Of a DNA stretch of 64,000 nucleotides, positions 24,344 to 37,682 are shown piece after piece (positions within the stretch are counted from its first letter, which is position 1; each line of letters begins with the position of its first letter). Source of the DNA: Heptranchias perlo (lineage: Eukaryota). The notes under the pieces were generated by a model. The model made no database searches, had not been told where the DNA came from, and saw only the letters and a program-made list of their open reading frames with translations. Both the position numbers and the translations under genes were made by a program. The DNA lies in contig NC_090356.1 of NCBI RefSeq assembly GCF_035084215.1, forward strand, positions 10,664,001-10,728,000, written 5' to 3'.

Positions 24344-25112
24344 TTTTTCTTTTCTTCTTTCTTTCACGGGCGAAATAAGCCACCGAAAGATTTATGCAGA
24401 GCCAAATAATTTTTTTGAAAAGGAAAATGCTAAATTTACAACCTCCTTGTTCTATATTCCTTCACTACTTGGCCATTGAGTGAAGGAGTTCTGCTGCTGT
24501 TTTGAATAGTTGGAGGAATGGATATGCACACACCTTTAAATCAATTCAAAATCACTTCATTGCAAGTCAATTAAACCACATATTGATTCAGTTCACCTTG
24601 GCTAAAAGCTGGGGCTCAGTTTTTAATTGATTTCTGCACACAGATCTCAAACCAATTATAATGGATTCATCCAGTATAGCTTAACAAGTCAAAATGATGC
24701 ACTCACATGAGGATTCAGAATTGCAGAGCGGAATTAATTAATTTCCTTGCTTTCAATTCATTCCCTGGGACTACATAACATCCGGTTGACCTTTAAAAGG
24801 TCTGTTGTGCTGTTGGAAGGAATATTTGGTTTGCAAGTGAGAAATTCCAGTCTATGAATGGCAGCCCCAGTCAGGGAAAAGAGACTGCAGGAAGGTGAGT
24901 ACCTTTGAATTCTCTGTGCCTGTTATGGATGCACAGTGCAAATGGGTCACTGACTGTAATCAAGTGTTGGGGTGGATCTTGAGCATCAGGCTTCGGTGTG
25001 AAGCTCCCACAGTTCAGATCCGCTGCCTACACTCAACTGTTCCTACTTACAAATGAAAGTATAGCACCTAAGCCAAGTACCGAAGGGCTGTGGGAGCAGG
25101 AGTGACTACTTT
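24049..25112. repeat. Long inverted repeat, arms 24049-24293 and 24866-25112
   Basis: The arms align as reverse complements at roughly 90-95% identity by eye. Confidence 0.92.
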
Positions 25113-26575
25113 CAATAAAGGAATGGAGAAAAATAAAAAAGGAATAAAATGTTAAAATAGAGTTTTCTTTTCAGGTTCTCAAGCAAGTACATTCACATAT
25201 ATATTTTAAGCAGTATAAATGTAAATTCATATTTTGGGAAGCAATTATATATTTAAGGACACATTCATATTTGTTTTTTTTAAGGACGCTGTATATTTAA
25301 ATGCATAGTCACACATATTATAGGCCTAGGGACGTTTTAAGACTGTTCAAGTATTCAAAATACACACAACCCCTGCACCCCCGAGCCCCTCCACTAACGC
25401 TTCTTGGCGCACAGCAAACCTCCCATACCTCGCCTAAGTAGTCACTGTGCAGTGACTGCCTAGAGAGAGAGGGAGTGCATCACAGCCAAGCAAAGGTCCC
25501 TGCCCTCATCTGACATCTGCACTTTCTGGGGGGTCATCAACGGCTAGCGGGATCGTGAGGAGGGGCGGGGAAATAATGGTGATTTTCCTCTCTCTTGGTC
25601 CAATTATAGTACTCCCACTGCTTCCCCTTAAAGCAACAGACCGGGTACTGAACCAGAGTCATTCTGGTCTTTATGGCTGAATAACCCACCGTGCGGTACG
25701 TTTACCCACAAAACCACTAGGGAGTGCACACATCCTTTCTTTCATTGAACATCACCAAAAAAAGGAAGTTCTGCTCAGATGGATTGGATTAAGGAATTAG
25801 AAAGCAGAATTGGAAAACCAATGATTTTTGTTTAAGTTCCTATGTTTTCACCTTATTGTAGTTTATTCACCACCACACATTCTCTTCCAGACAGTCTAGA
25901 CCATGGTCGTCTACAGCCTCCATCAGCACATTGTATGCCTGATTGGCAGGAAGCAGGATTCAAGAGGGGCGAAGCAGAGTTCAGTCCTTCCTGTTCCCAC
26001 CCCTGCAGGGCTACACTGCACAAACTTCAAGAAAGGGACAGAAACCCCCCTCACACCTGAGCTCCCAAGGCGCATTGACCAGGGAACCTTCCGAATTACA
26101 AGCTACTAGAGAAATCTAACCTCAGGAGGGAAATGTCTCCGCAGTTCTCAGAGAACCTAAAAAAATATGGAAGTTCAACTGGAACTTAAAAGATAGGATG
26201 AGAAAAGTTATAGTGGGTGAATGTGTTCTTGCTGGGATACAGTGCCTCAGGCACTGGTGTTTCCTCATTTCAGTGGTCATGCTTCATATGAGCCTAGCCA
26301 GCGAGTTTCAGCAGTCTATTTGGAGTTGGGGACATCACATCTGACGCTGCTCCTTTCCACACACCTGCACATTTCAACAGGGAGCCGCTGCATGGTGATC
26401 TGGTGCAGAAACCCTGGCCGAGAGGAACTGAGGCCAATTACAGCATGCCGATTGCCACCCTCACTCAAATCAGTTACTTCATCATAACCAAGAGATCAGA
26501 TCTGGGACCTTCCTGGGCTTTACCTACTAAGCCATTAGGGCACTTAAAATTATCTCAATCAACGACGAGGGGTTC

Positions 26576-27462
26576 ATAAAATCATACAGCACAGGAGGCC
26601 ATTCAGCCCATCGTACCTGTGAAAGAGGGGTATGGGGCAAGGGGACGAGCTATTCAATTAGTCTCACTCCACTGCTATTTCCCCATAGCCCTGCAAATTT
26701 TTGTCCTTTTCAAGTATTTATCCCATTCCCTTTGGAAAGTTACTATTGAATCTGCTTCCACCACCCTTTCAGGCAGTGCATTCCAAATCATAACAACTCA
26801 CTGCGTAAAAACGTTTCTCCTAATCTCCCCTTTGGTTCTTCTACCACTACTTTAAATCTGTGTCCTCTGATTACTGACCCCCCTGCCAGTGGAAACAGTT
26901 TCTCCCTATTTACTCTACCAAAACCCCTCATATTTTTGAACACCTCTCTTAAATCTCCCCATAACCTTCTCTACTCGAAGGAGAACAATCCCAGCTTCTG
27001 TAGCCTCTCCACATAACTGAAGTCCATCATCCTTGGTACCATTCTAGTAAATTTTCCTCTGCACCCTCTCCAAGGCCTTGACATCCTTCCTAAAGTGTGG
27101 TGCCCAGAACTGGACACAATACTCAAGCTGCGGCCTAATCAGGTTTAGCATGACTTGCTTTTGTACCGTATGCTTTTTTAAAAAGCCTGATCAACTCATC
27201 CTGCCACCTTCAAATATTTGTGCACGTCAACCCCTAGGTCTCCCTGTTCCTGCACCCTCTTTAAAGTTGTACTATTTAGTTATATTGCCTCTTCTCATAC
27301 TTCCTTCCAAAATGCATCACTTCACACTTTTCTGCATTAAATTTAATCTGCCATCTGTCTGCCCAGTCTGTCTATGTCCTCCTGAAGTCCACACCACAAA
27401 CTATCGTCCTCACTGTTTGCTACATTTTCAAGTCTGGTGTCATCTGCAAACTTTGAAATTTT
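26576..27462 (-). mobile_element. CR1 LINE 3' fragment with internal deletions
   Basis: Encodes KISKFADDTRL..VANSEDD..LQEDIDRL, then the ORF2 C-terminus and CR1 tail. Confidence 0.88.
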
Positions 27463-28074
27463 GCAGACGACACAAGAAGATGAAGCAAAAATTTCTTGGC
27501 AGCACAGGAAGTGTGTTGAGGTGGGACTTCTGCCCACCACTTTCAGCTGGTAAGAAACGTCAAGGATATGGTGTTAACTTCTATCACCACCAGCACAGGG
27601 TTAAACAGGAGGTTTCTGCACATATGACTAGATAGTCAAGCTAGTATTGATAAACAAGGTCACAGGGTTGCCATGCCACATGTCATAGAAATTTGATTCT
27701 GAAAATACAGTGGAGTCTGTATATCCCCACCAAGCCTGTTGAGCAGCTTTATTTCCACATTATGAGCCACTCATGTTTTTGTGCTATGGGTGTGCACAGT
27801 TAAGAACTAATTCAGATTTGGACTGAGGCTGTAATTATGCACGTTACAGCTAGTCATTGTGGTTTTACCACAGAACTGAAGGTTAGCTGCTAGTTAAAGT
27901 CCAATTAAATGGGACCCTGCAAACACTAACCTTTGGGCAGTGCCTCAGATTTATTTACTACATTCTGCACTCTGCATTTGTGGAGTGTTTTGTTGCAGAT
28001 CATCTTACTAAACATATATAAGAATTATATCGAGTGGCCAGCCAGGATTGCACAGCGGGATGGTTAATGTGCCA

Positions 28075-28215
28075 TAAAGAGTTGGGATAAAGATGCCCCT
28101 TCAGGCCATTCATTCTCATCCTTTCAGAATACCAATCAGACCATCTTCCCATTACCGCATCTAGCCGGTTCTTAAATAACTCCAGTGACCTCACCTCAAT
28201 CATCCTTCCTGGCAA
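28075..28215 (-). mobile_element. Old CR1 3' end
   Basis: Encodes LPGRMIEVRSLELFKNRLDAVMG, followed by a gaatggcctgaagggc tail. Confidence 0.6.
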
Positions 28216-30642
28216 TCAATGAAGCTCCGTCACACTCACCACTGCACATCCTCTTCCTGAAAGTCTAGACCTCAAGCATCGTTGGCTCGTTAATGCAGCT
28301 ATCTTACATGGCAAGTTACCAATCTCAGCAAGGATTTATTTTGTAGGAGAGGGGGTGGAAGGAATGCATGCACCCCCTATAAGGGCATTCACTCACTTCT
28401 CCAACCTCCCCCCCGCCAACCCGTATCACATTACCCAATCTTCCCCGCCCCCCCCTCCCATTACAGGTCACCCCTCTGACTCATGCAGCCGAGAGGTTGG
28501 GTCTGCTGCCAGGACATGCACAACAAAGGATCTGGTGGAATTTCACCACCCAGAGATTCCAGCCTTCTCCCACATGTCAAAACCACCCAAGACACACATG
28601 AACATTTCCTAACACTCTGAATGAACAGTGATGGAACAGGTCTCCCCTCTTACACCCCTCAATCCCACTCATGCAGATCGAACCATGGGTGCAGCTATAA
28701 CATTTTGTTAATATTTAGCATTTACAGCCAATAAACAGAAACATCTGTCTTCATGAACACAGATTTTAAAGAAAAACGATTTTGCCACACTGAATTAGAG
28801 ACTGGGACTGTGCGTGCAGCTAGTCACAGTATAGAGTGGGCGTTAACTACCTTGGTGTGTGACTGTCATGACTCAGTCGTTCATTTTCCATTTCCAACTT
28901 GTAAGTGGCCCCTGGAGTTACCCATGGTCAGTTGATGAATACAAGTTTTATTTTTAGATATAAGATGGTGACAGAGTTGGGAAGAGAGATTTCAGAAATT
29001 CATTCCACAGCACCAATAGTCAGACCATGCATTTACATTATCACAACCAATTGTTTACATACAGGATTTTCATCGGCAGTTTCTATATTAAATGTTGATG
29101 TAAAAGCGTGACCAAAAATTATGACAACAGGATGTTAGACTGGAATTGTGGGCGAGCACAAGATTTTTAATATATAGATTTTAAACACCAGCATGAACAT
29201 AAAATTAAATGAGCAAAAAGTCAAATTTAAATGTATATTAGGAATCATTTCTTCACTCAAAGGGTGCTAACCATTTAGAATAATGGGTCAGGAAAGATAG
29301 TAAACAATTGGGGCATCTATAATGGCAGTTGAATGGTAGGGTGGGAGAGTTGGGGGACCTGAGGGGAGAGTTGGGGGACCTGAGGGGAGAGTTTCAATGA
29401 TCTGGACGGCCTTTTTTCAACCTTTTGTATGTGGCGTTGAGGAGAGAGAAGAGGCTGCCCATCCCTTCCTCTAAGGTACGCTCTCCCATTGGATCAGTCT
29501 GAAACACGGGAGAATCAAGTTGAATTTTTAAAAGTGTTTATACAAGAGCAGGCTTGAACCTTTCCCTTCCCAGAGTAGATTCTTTTTGTTCAGGAGATCC
29601 AAAGTATGATGCTAAAACATGCATCATGCCTATGGAAAGAAAAACTTTTAGAAGTTGTTAAACAAACAAATCACAATTAATGTTTTTGCAAGGTGTGGGA
29701 TATAATACCTGAAGGTAGGCCAACTCCGACTGCCAGTCACTTTGTAACATGGTTAACAAACCTCATATCATGCAGTACCTTGACTCTGGGATGCAAGGTG
29801 AACAATGGGGTGAGTTCTTTATGGTATGGAGATTCGTTTATGACAAGAAGCTGCATAAATTGGGTTTTTCCCTAACCACCAGCAACATGCTTTGCTTATT
29901 CAGTTCCTATCCAGGCCACACGCAGGGCTGTTATTGGGTATGAATGTGCTCGTGCATACGGAATGAGTCAGGCCTGAGCTTGTCCAGACAAGTCTGAACA
30001 GTTCCCATCTTCCTAATCCAGATCACAGGGCTCTGAGTACACGGATATTGTCGACATTAAGAAAACACTTGGATTGACACAGAATATGATGCACATCGAA
30101 ACATAATCCCCAGTCATAAAACAGCAAAGAAGGCTGACAGCCAGCACCCGGCACATATTAATGATAGTGCTTTTAAAAAAAAAAAATCAATGGGGCTCCT
30201 CTGAATGATGGATGAATGCGCTGGGCGATGTCATACAGACCAGGAAAATCCCAGACATAAATCCCCCAATCCACGCAGAGTTAGCTGATTTCAGCTAGAG
30301 TTATGGGAGGGGCTACAACGTGAACTAGCAGGTCCCCCCTACCGATTGTTATCTTATTGTTGGGATTTTATCTGGGACATATTCTCCAGCTCGAAGATCC
30401 ATTCGAGCAACAACTGGCGTCGCTGCAGTGTATCCGCAAAGCTGAGAGCTACATGGATAGCACGTTTCTGGAACTGGTCACCCTGCAGCTTAAGAGAGTG
30501 CAGGCAGAGAGGGCCGCCAGGCAGACAAGGAGGACCAGGCAGGTAGTGCACGAGTCCCCTGAGTGCATCTCACTCTCTAACCAGTACTGGTGAGGGAGAG
30601 GGTTCCTCTGCGGAGTGCAGCCAGAGCCAAGTCCACAGCTCC

Positions 30643-31152
30643 ATGGGTGGCTCAGCTGCACAGGGCAGGGGAGAAGAAAGGTCAGGAGACTCTATAGTTA
30701 GGAGAGCAGACAGGCGTTTCTGCGGCCGCAGAAGTGATTCCAGGATGGTATATTGCCTCCCTGGTGCCAGGGTCAAGGATGTCACTGAACGGCTCTTGGG
30801 TGGGGGGGGCGGGGGGGAAAGGGTGAATAGCCCGGAGGTCATAGTCCATATTGGCACCAACGACATAGGCAGAAAGAGGGATGAGGTCCTGCAGGCAGAT
30901 TTTAAGGAGATAGGAAAGAGATTAAGAAGCAGGACCTCAAAGGAAGTAATCTCCAGATTGCTCCCAGTGCCATGCGCTGGTGAGCATAGAAATTGGAGGA
31001 TAGAGCAGATGAATGCGTGGCTGAGAGATGGTGCAGGAGGGAGGGCTTTAGATTCCTGGGGCACTGAGACCAGTTCTGGGGTAGGTGGGACGGGTTGTAC
31101 CTCAGCGGAGCTGAGATCAATGTCCACAAGGGGTGGTTCGCTAGTGCTTTGA
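30643..31152 (+). pseudogene. CR1 ORF1 SGNH-esterase domain, frameshifted
   Basis: GDSIVR, CLPGARVKDV, VHIGTND and NAWL motifs. Confidence 0.85.
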
Positions 31153-31301
31153 GGGAGGGTTTAAACTAATTTGGCAGGGGGATGGACACCAGGATGTAGC
31201 AATGGGAAGGAGAAACAAGGGGCACAAAAGCATTAAAGCAAGTAATAGTGCAGTATTCGGTGGGATCAGACTAACAGAGTAAAAGAAAGTCTAAGGCCGG
31301 T

Positions 31302-33498
31302 TTGCAGTGCATGTGTGTAAACGCACGAAGCGTAGTAAACAAGGTTGGTGAGCTGCAGGCACAAATAGCCACATGGGAATATGATGTCGTGGCGATAACA
31401 GAGAACTGGCTCAAAAAAGGTCAGGATTGTGTACTAAATATTCCTGGATACAAGGTGTTCAGGAAAGACAGGGAAGGAAAGAAAGGAGGGGAGTGGCAGT
31501 ATTGATTAAGGAGAATATTGCAGTGCTGGAGAGAGAGGATGTTCTGGGGGGGTCAAGGACAGAATCTATTTGGTTAGAGTTAAGAAATAAAGGGAGTGCC
31601 ATTGGACTACTGGATGTATTCTACAGGTCACCAACTAGTGGGAAGAATATAGAGGAGCAAATTTGCAGGGAAATTAGAGAGGTGCAAAAGCTTTGGAGTC
31701 GTGATAACTGGGGACTTCAACTATCCTAACATGGACTGGGATAACAATAATAATAATAATATAAGGGGCACAGAGGGGGAGGAATTTTTGAAATGTGTGC
31801 AGGATAACTTTCTTAACCAGTACATTTCCATCCCAACGAGGAAGGAGGCATTGCTGGACTTCATTCTCGGGAATGAGGCGGGCCAAGTGGAGCAAGTGTC
31901 AATGGGGGAGCATTTAGGGAGTAGCGATCATATCATAAGGTTGAGAATAGCGATGGAAAAGGACACGGACCACTCTAAAGTAAAAATACTCAATAGGAGG
32001 AGGGCCAGTTTCAATGGGATGAGAACAGATCTGGCCCGGGTAAACTGGAATCGAAGATTGGCAAGCAAAACTGTAATTGAACAATGGACAGCCTTTAAGG
32101 AGGAAATGGTTCAGGTACAGTCTAGGCACATTCCCATGAGGCAGAAAGACAGGGCAACTAAAGTCAGAGCTCCCTGAATGACAAAGGAGATAGTGAGTAA
32201 AATAAAACGGAATAAAAGGGGTGTATGACAGATGTCAGGTTGATAACACAAGTGAGAACCAGGCAGAATATAGAAAGTTCAGAGGGAAAGTGAAAAAAGA
32301 AATGAGGGGCAAAGAGAGAGTATGAGAACAGACTGGCAGCCAACATAAAAGGGAATCCAAAAGTCTTCTACAGGCAAGTAAACAGTAAATGGGTAGGAAG
32401 AGGAGGGGTGGGGCCGATCAGGGACCATAAAGGAGATCTACCCATGGAGGCAGAGGGGATGGCTGAGGTACTAAATGAGTACTTTGCATCTGTCTTTACC
32501 AAGGAAGAAGATGCTGCCACAGTCTCCGTAAAGGAAGATATAGCTGAGATACTGGATAGGCTAAAAATTGATGAAGAGGAGGTACTTGAAAGGCGAACTG
32601 TACTTAAAGTAGATAAGGCTGCTGAGGGAAGGGTGGAAATTGCAGGGGTACTGGCCACAATCTTCCAAACATCTGTAGATACGGGGGTGGTTCCAAAGGA
32701 CTGCAGAATTGCAAATGTTACACCTTGTTCAAAAAAGGTTGTAAGGATAAACCCAGCAACTATAGACCAGTCAGTTTAACCTCAGTGGTGGGGAAACTTT
32801 TAGAAATGATAATCCGGGACAGAATTAACAGTCACTTGGACGAGGGTGGATTGATTAGGGAAAGCCAGCACGGATTTGTTAAAGGCAAATCGTGTTTAAC
32901 TAATCTGATAGAGTTTTTTGATGAGGTGACAGAAAGGGTAGATGAGGGCAATGTAGCTGATGTGATGTACATGGATTTTCAAAAGGCGTTTGATAAAGAG
33001 CCGCACGGTAGGCTTATCAAGATTGCGGCCCATGGAATAAAGGGGGCAGTCGCAACATGGATACAGAATTGGCTAAGGGACAGGAAACAGAGAGTAGTGG
33101 TGAATGGTTGTTTTTCGGACTGGAGGGAGGTATACAGTGGTGTTTCCCAGGGGTCAGTGCTGGGACCACTGCTTTTCTTGATATATATTAATGACTTGGA
33201 TGTACAGGATACAATTTCAAAATGTGCAGATGACACAAAACTTGGAAGGGTAGTAAACAGTGAGGAGGACAGTGATGGACTTCAAGAGGATATAGACAGG
33301 CTGGTGGCATGGGCGGACATGTGGCAGATGAAATTTAACGCAGAAAAATGCAAAGTGATACATTTCGGTAGGAAGAACGAGGAGAGGCAATATAAACTAG
33401 AGGCAGATTTAATCATGGCCTTCAAAAGGGAACTGGATAAGTACTTGAAAGAAAAAAAATTGCAGGGCTACGAGGAAAGGGCGGGGAAGTGGGATTAG
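31302..33498 (+). pseudogene. CR1 ORF2 (APE endonuclease plus RT), multiply frameshifted
   Basis: Consecutive ORF pieces at 31302, 31427, 31701, 32408 and 32725 carry EN and RT motifs in the correct order. The catalytic (Y/F)ADD is changed to CADD. Confidence 0.9.
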
Positions 33499-33639
33499 CT
33501 GGATTGCTTTGCATAGAGCCGGCTCGGACTCGATGGGCTGAATGGCCTCCTTCCTTGCTGTAACATTTCTATGATTCTATGATTTAAGTGTAGATGGGAG
33601 ACTCACTGAGCCGATTTGTCTTGAAAAATGGAAGAGACA

Positions 33640-34315
33640 AGGCTGTCCACTGTCACTCATCCTATTCCATACCTTCATGGGTGATGTGTCAGATGGTATT
33701 GTAAGGGTCAGCTTGAGTGTCTGTCGAGGGCATTTCTGAAATAAGTTTCACAGATTGTATTGCGCTGTTGGTGGACTCACCTAGAGATCTCGGTCACTCA
33801 AATCACCATCTTGGGCAATGGGTTAACCAATATTTTGCCTTTTCATACGTAAGAGACGATCTCAAAAGCACCGAGTGCAAGATATAAAGGGCATTTGTCC
33901 CAACTATTGATTCATAATCAGTACCTAGGCTACTGCTGGACACCAACTTTAGCCTTGGCACAGCTGGGTTAAGGTCCACATAAAAATAGTGCACGCAGGA
34001 ATGTAATCAGAACGTGTCAAGTGAATGCACATCAACTCGGCTGATCGGAATTTCCACACTCATATCCCTCAACTCTTCATGTGGGATGGCTGGTGCAGCT
34101 GCATTATTAATTGTTATTGAAGCAACTTTGTAAAACTGAAGATACAGAACACCACAATGTTTACGGTGGTATTCGGAGCACTTGGTTCCACAAGGGGAGA
34201 ACCTCTGCCCCAGTCCCTCATATCCCAGAAGTGGTTGCCTCAGTTCGTAGTTCCACAGTATCAGGAGAAGCCGAGTGGAAACACTTCGAACACAATAGCA
34301 AGAGCCTCCAGGCAA
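33640..34315 (-). mobile_element. Possible very old Gypsy-type pol remnant (RNase H to integrase linker)
   Basis: Weak motifs in the expected order: LRQPLL, GVLYL..Y, HYFY, TDYESIV, YEKAK, then TQADP..I.HITHEG (compare TxxDP..L...I..GW). Confidence 0.3.
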
Positions 34316-34504
34316 TCTTGGAACATTTTCTAGAAATTGTAAAATGCAGTGTTTAATTCAGTTTGTGCTGTAAACAGTTCATTAAATAGGGCTTTTAAAA
34401 CAAACATCACCTATCTAATGAATTTATAAACTGAATTAAATATTTGTTTATTAACCCTTGAGTCAAATTTGTAAATTAGGAAAGAAAATTGTGGAATTGA
34501 TCGA

Positions 34505-35030
34505 AAGATAAATACAGATGAGGAAAGCCTTTCAGTCTGTTTGGGTTCATCCATCCAGAGAAGACCCATTCTCCCCGCATTGTAGCATCCAACTGTTCCT
34601 GAAATAATTCTAGAGTTTTCGCTTCAGACATTCCACTTCATGAGTTGATCACTCTTCATGTGAAGAGCATCCTTACATTAGTCTTAAACTGGGCTTTTAC
34701 TAGTTTGAACCAGTGTCTGAGTCCTACACTTGAAATTTAGCTTTAAGCATGTTTTAGGACTTACCTTTTCCTTACTATTTATTACCTTATATACTTTTAG
34801 AAGAACACCTCTCTATCACCTTCTTTGAAGGAAAAAAGCCAAAGTTTCTCTTATCTCTCCTTATAATAGTCTTCTGCTGCTATGAATAAACCTTCTCTGA
34901 ACTGCCTCCAGAACTTGAATATCTTCCTTGTGTCTCAGTGACCAGAAGTGGACACAGTACTCAAGTGTGGTCTGACCAAAGGACAATACAGTTTGAGTAT
35001 GACTTCCTCATATTTGTACTCTACATTTTT
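34505..35030 (-). mobile_element. Old CR1 3' fragment
   Basis: Minus strand reads LVRPHLSTVS.. and FTxRVINSW remnants. Confidence 0.65.
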
Positions 35031-35047
35031 TGGATGCACGGAAAGAG

Positions 35048-35725
35048 CTTGCAATTATCTAGCACCTTTCACATCCTCAGGATGTCTCAAAGCACTTTAT
35101 AGCCAGCGAATTACTTTTGAAGAATACTCACTGTTTTGTAGGTGTCCGCCTTGGCTGAGTGGTAGCACTCTCCCCTCTGAGTCAGAACGCATGGGCTCAA
35201 GCCCCACTCCAGAGGCTTGAACAGATAATGCAGGAGGTTCCGCCTTTCTGATAAACGTTAAACCGAGGCTCCTTCTGCCATCAGGTGGACGTAAAAGATC
35301 CCAAGGCATTATTTCGAAGAACAGCGGGGTAGTTCTCCTTGTGCCCTGGCCGATATTTATCCCTCAACCAACATTAAACACAGATTATCTGGTCATGTAT
35401 CTCATTGCTGTTTGTGAGAACTTGCTGTGTGCAAATTGGCTACCGTGTTTCTCTACATTACAACAGTTACCACACTTCAAAAGTACTTTCATTAGCTGTA
35501 AAGCGTTTTGCAACATCCTGAGGTCATGAAAGGCACTATATAAATGCAAGTTCTTTAGGGAATTTGCATCATTTAACTGTTTCTGGGACCTTGCTGTGCA
35601 AAAATTGGCTGCCACATTTCCTTAAATTACAGTGTAACAGTGACTGCACTTCAAAACTACTTCATTGGCTGTGAAGTGCTTTGGGATGCCTAAGGACATG
35701 AAAAGCACTATGTAAATGCAAGTTC
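35048..35725 (+). mobile_element. Deu-SINE cluster: minus-strand tail 35048-35140, full plus copy 35141-35552, plus-strand 3' half 35575-35725
   Basis: Head tggctgagtggtagcactctcccctctgagtcagaa, Deu core, and repeated tails aggcactatataaatgcaagttc. Confidence 0.85.
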
Positions 35726-35737
35726 TTTCTTTCTTCA

Positions 35738-35832
35738 GTGAGTTCAGATGAAGCATCAAAACCTTAAACGTTAATGCATTTCTTTTCTGTTTACAGCTGC
35801 CGGTGGACCTGCGTTTCCAGCATCTTCTGTTA
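35738..35832 (+). mobile_element. Decayed PLE-derived hammerhead-type unit
   Basis: gagttcagatgaagcatcaaaaccttaaacgttaa...gacctgcgtttccagcatcttctgtt, homologous to 42430. Confidence 0.5.
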
Positions 35833-36619
35833 ATATCCTCTACCTAATTTTCTACTTCACACCCAAAGTTTTGCAGATAATATTTTTGAAGGCGTTCAGC
35901 TTCCTCGGAGAGGGAACATAATTTCTTTCCCTTTGTTTTCCCCGACCCAGCGAGACCCCTCTGCCAACCCCCTTGTAGCTGGAGACGGCAGGGTGTGGAG
36001 TGGGTTCTTATCACTGCCGACAAAGGTTCCATCTTGCCTGATCACTGTGGGGGGGGAGGAAAGCAACAGCAAGCTGGAGAAGACCCCTCCCAAATGATGT
36101 CTTGTCCCACCAGGTCGCCACTGGATACACTTCACTTACAGCTCGGCTGGGGTCCAGGAATGCAGCAAGAAATTGAATTGCACTGCCAACACTCAATGGT
36201 CCCACACTTTGGCACGTCAAGATCCAGTGTCTGTAAATGTTGTTTCTCTAATGGAGAATGGTAAATCAGTAGATTTAAGGGTGCAACGATGAAGAGGTCA
36301 GTCAATCACCAGGCAGTAACTGATTTGCTGACACAGCTGAATACTTGTCTGGTTGTGTATTTTTACGGATGCTAAGCAGCATTCAGCGTTAGGCACTAGT
36401 TGTAAACCTGTCAGTATAGCTAGTCTGCATTGACTCGTTATCCCCATTTTCTGACCCATTTGTGAAAAATGTGCTGCTGCTGCGAAAAAAAAGCTCAAGG
36501 TAAACCAATGACTGGAGGAGAAGTTTCCAACCATTATTTCTCGGAAATCATCTTTTGGTTCACGTAAGCACAGTTAAAAGCCACATCAGAAATGGAAGCA
36601 ATTTTTCCAACATAACTAC

Positions 36620-36648
<29 letters not shown>
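36620..36648. repeat. (CA)n microsatellite
   Basis: Seen directly. Confidence 0.95.
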
Positions 36649-36650
<2 letters not shown>

Positions 36651-37682
36651 GCCACGCACACCACATACACACAAGCACATCACATGCACCATTAATACGC
36701 CGTGGGCAAGTACAGTTCATTATCAGATTTGCTAAATCAAACGTGGAAGTGGGTGTCCTGCACTGCAGGTGACCAAGCCACTGAACTCTACCGGAATTTT
36801 ACATTTCACGGTACAGTTACGGTCCGAGACCGAAATCCCGCAAGCTCCCGGGGTGTCAACCACAACCGTGACCTACATTCTAACTCAATTGTTCCGAGTG
36901 GGTGATTTTCTCCAGTGGCGTAGTCACACCACTAGGCTGTGCACTGTGGGGGCTCCGGACCCCTCCATCTTGGGTGGGAAAGGGGGGAAAAGGGATGAGA
37001 AGAGGGAAAAAGGTGTTCACATCAGTCCAGACGTAAAGAAGTCTACTTCGTTGCAAAACCAGAAAGGGATATTTTCGATCTCATGCTCTGAACGTGACAG
37101 CGTTATCAGCTTCTAGATATCAATATGTTACTGAGAAAAGTCACTTCACAAGGCTCGAGATGGAAAATTATTACAGCAATTTTGACGATTCAAAATCCGA
37201 TTAATAGGCAGCAGTGTAATAAGCGAAAACATTTGGTCGCAAATCAACTGCTTACAGAGTTTCTCCTTACCCTGCGCTGAGAAGCTCTAATAGATTACAG
37301 CGTGTGGAAGCAAGAGGTAAGATTTCTGGAGCTGCCCGACACTGAACATCAGAGGCCAGGTTTCCCCTTCTGTAATCTTCTTTCCCCCCACCACAGTGAT
37401 GTCTCCTCTGCCTATGCAGGATAAAGTGCACGGCTCAGCACTGTGTCCTTGTGCTGCAGTACTGTCAGAGCTCGGCTTCTGCATACACAAGTGCTGTGAC
37501 TCACAGATGATGCAAGTACTCGGAAGCTAAGGACCAACTCGACTGGGGGCGGGGTGGGGAGCGGGTGAGGGAACAGTTGTTGACTTGACCTTTACAAGAA
37601 AGGGTCTGGGAATTTTAGTACAAGCATGATTTTTGTAAATAAAGCTCTGCAGATGACAGGCTCCGACTGGCATCCCTTCAAA

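Larger units (their letters stand above)
30385..33585 (+). mobile_element. Near-full-length decayed CR1 LINE (ORF1 esterase plus ORF2 endonuclease and RT) with internal deletions
   Basis: ORF1: coiled coil QQLASLQCIRKAESYMDSTF and SGNH esterase motifs CLPGARVKDV, VIVHIGTNDIG. ORF2: NARS.VNK..EL, AITENWL, GDFNYP, LLDFILGN, SDH, NYRPVSLTS, QHGF, DFQKAFDK, QGSVLGP, CADD. Tail ttctatgattctatgatt. Confidence 0.95.

Noticed and set aside
29343-29391. 21-bp tandem duplication ggagagttgggggacctgagg
   Set aside because: Ordinary slippage within an old CR1-like tail.
36140-36230. Minus-strand 91-nt exon candidate (tttacag ... gtaagt)
   Set aside because: Weak polypyrimidine tract and unrecognised peptides; such site pairs are expected by chance.
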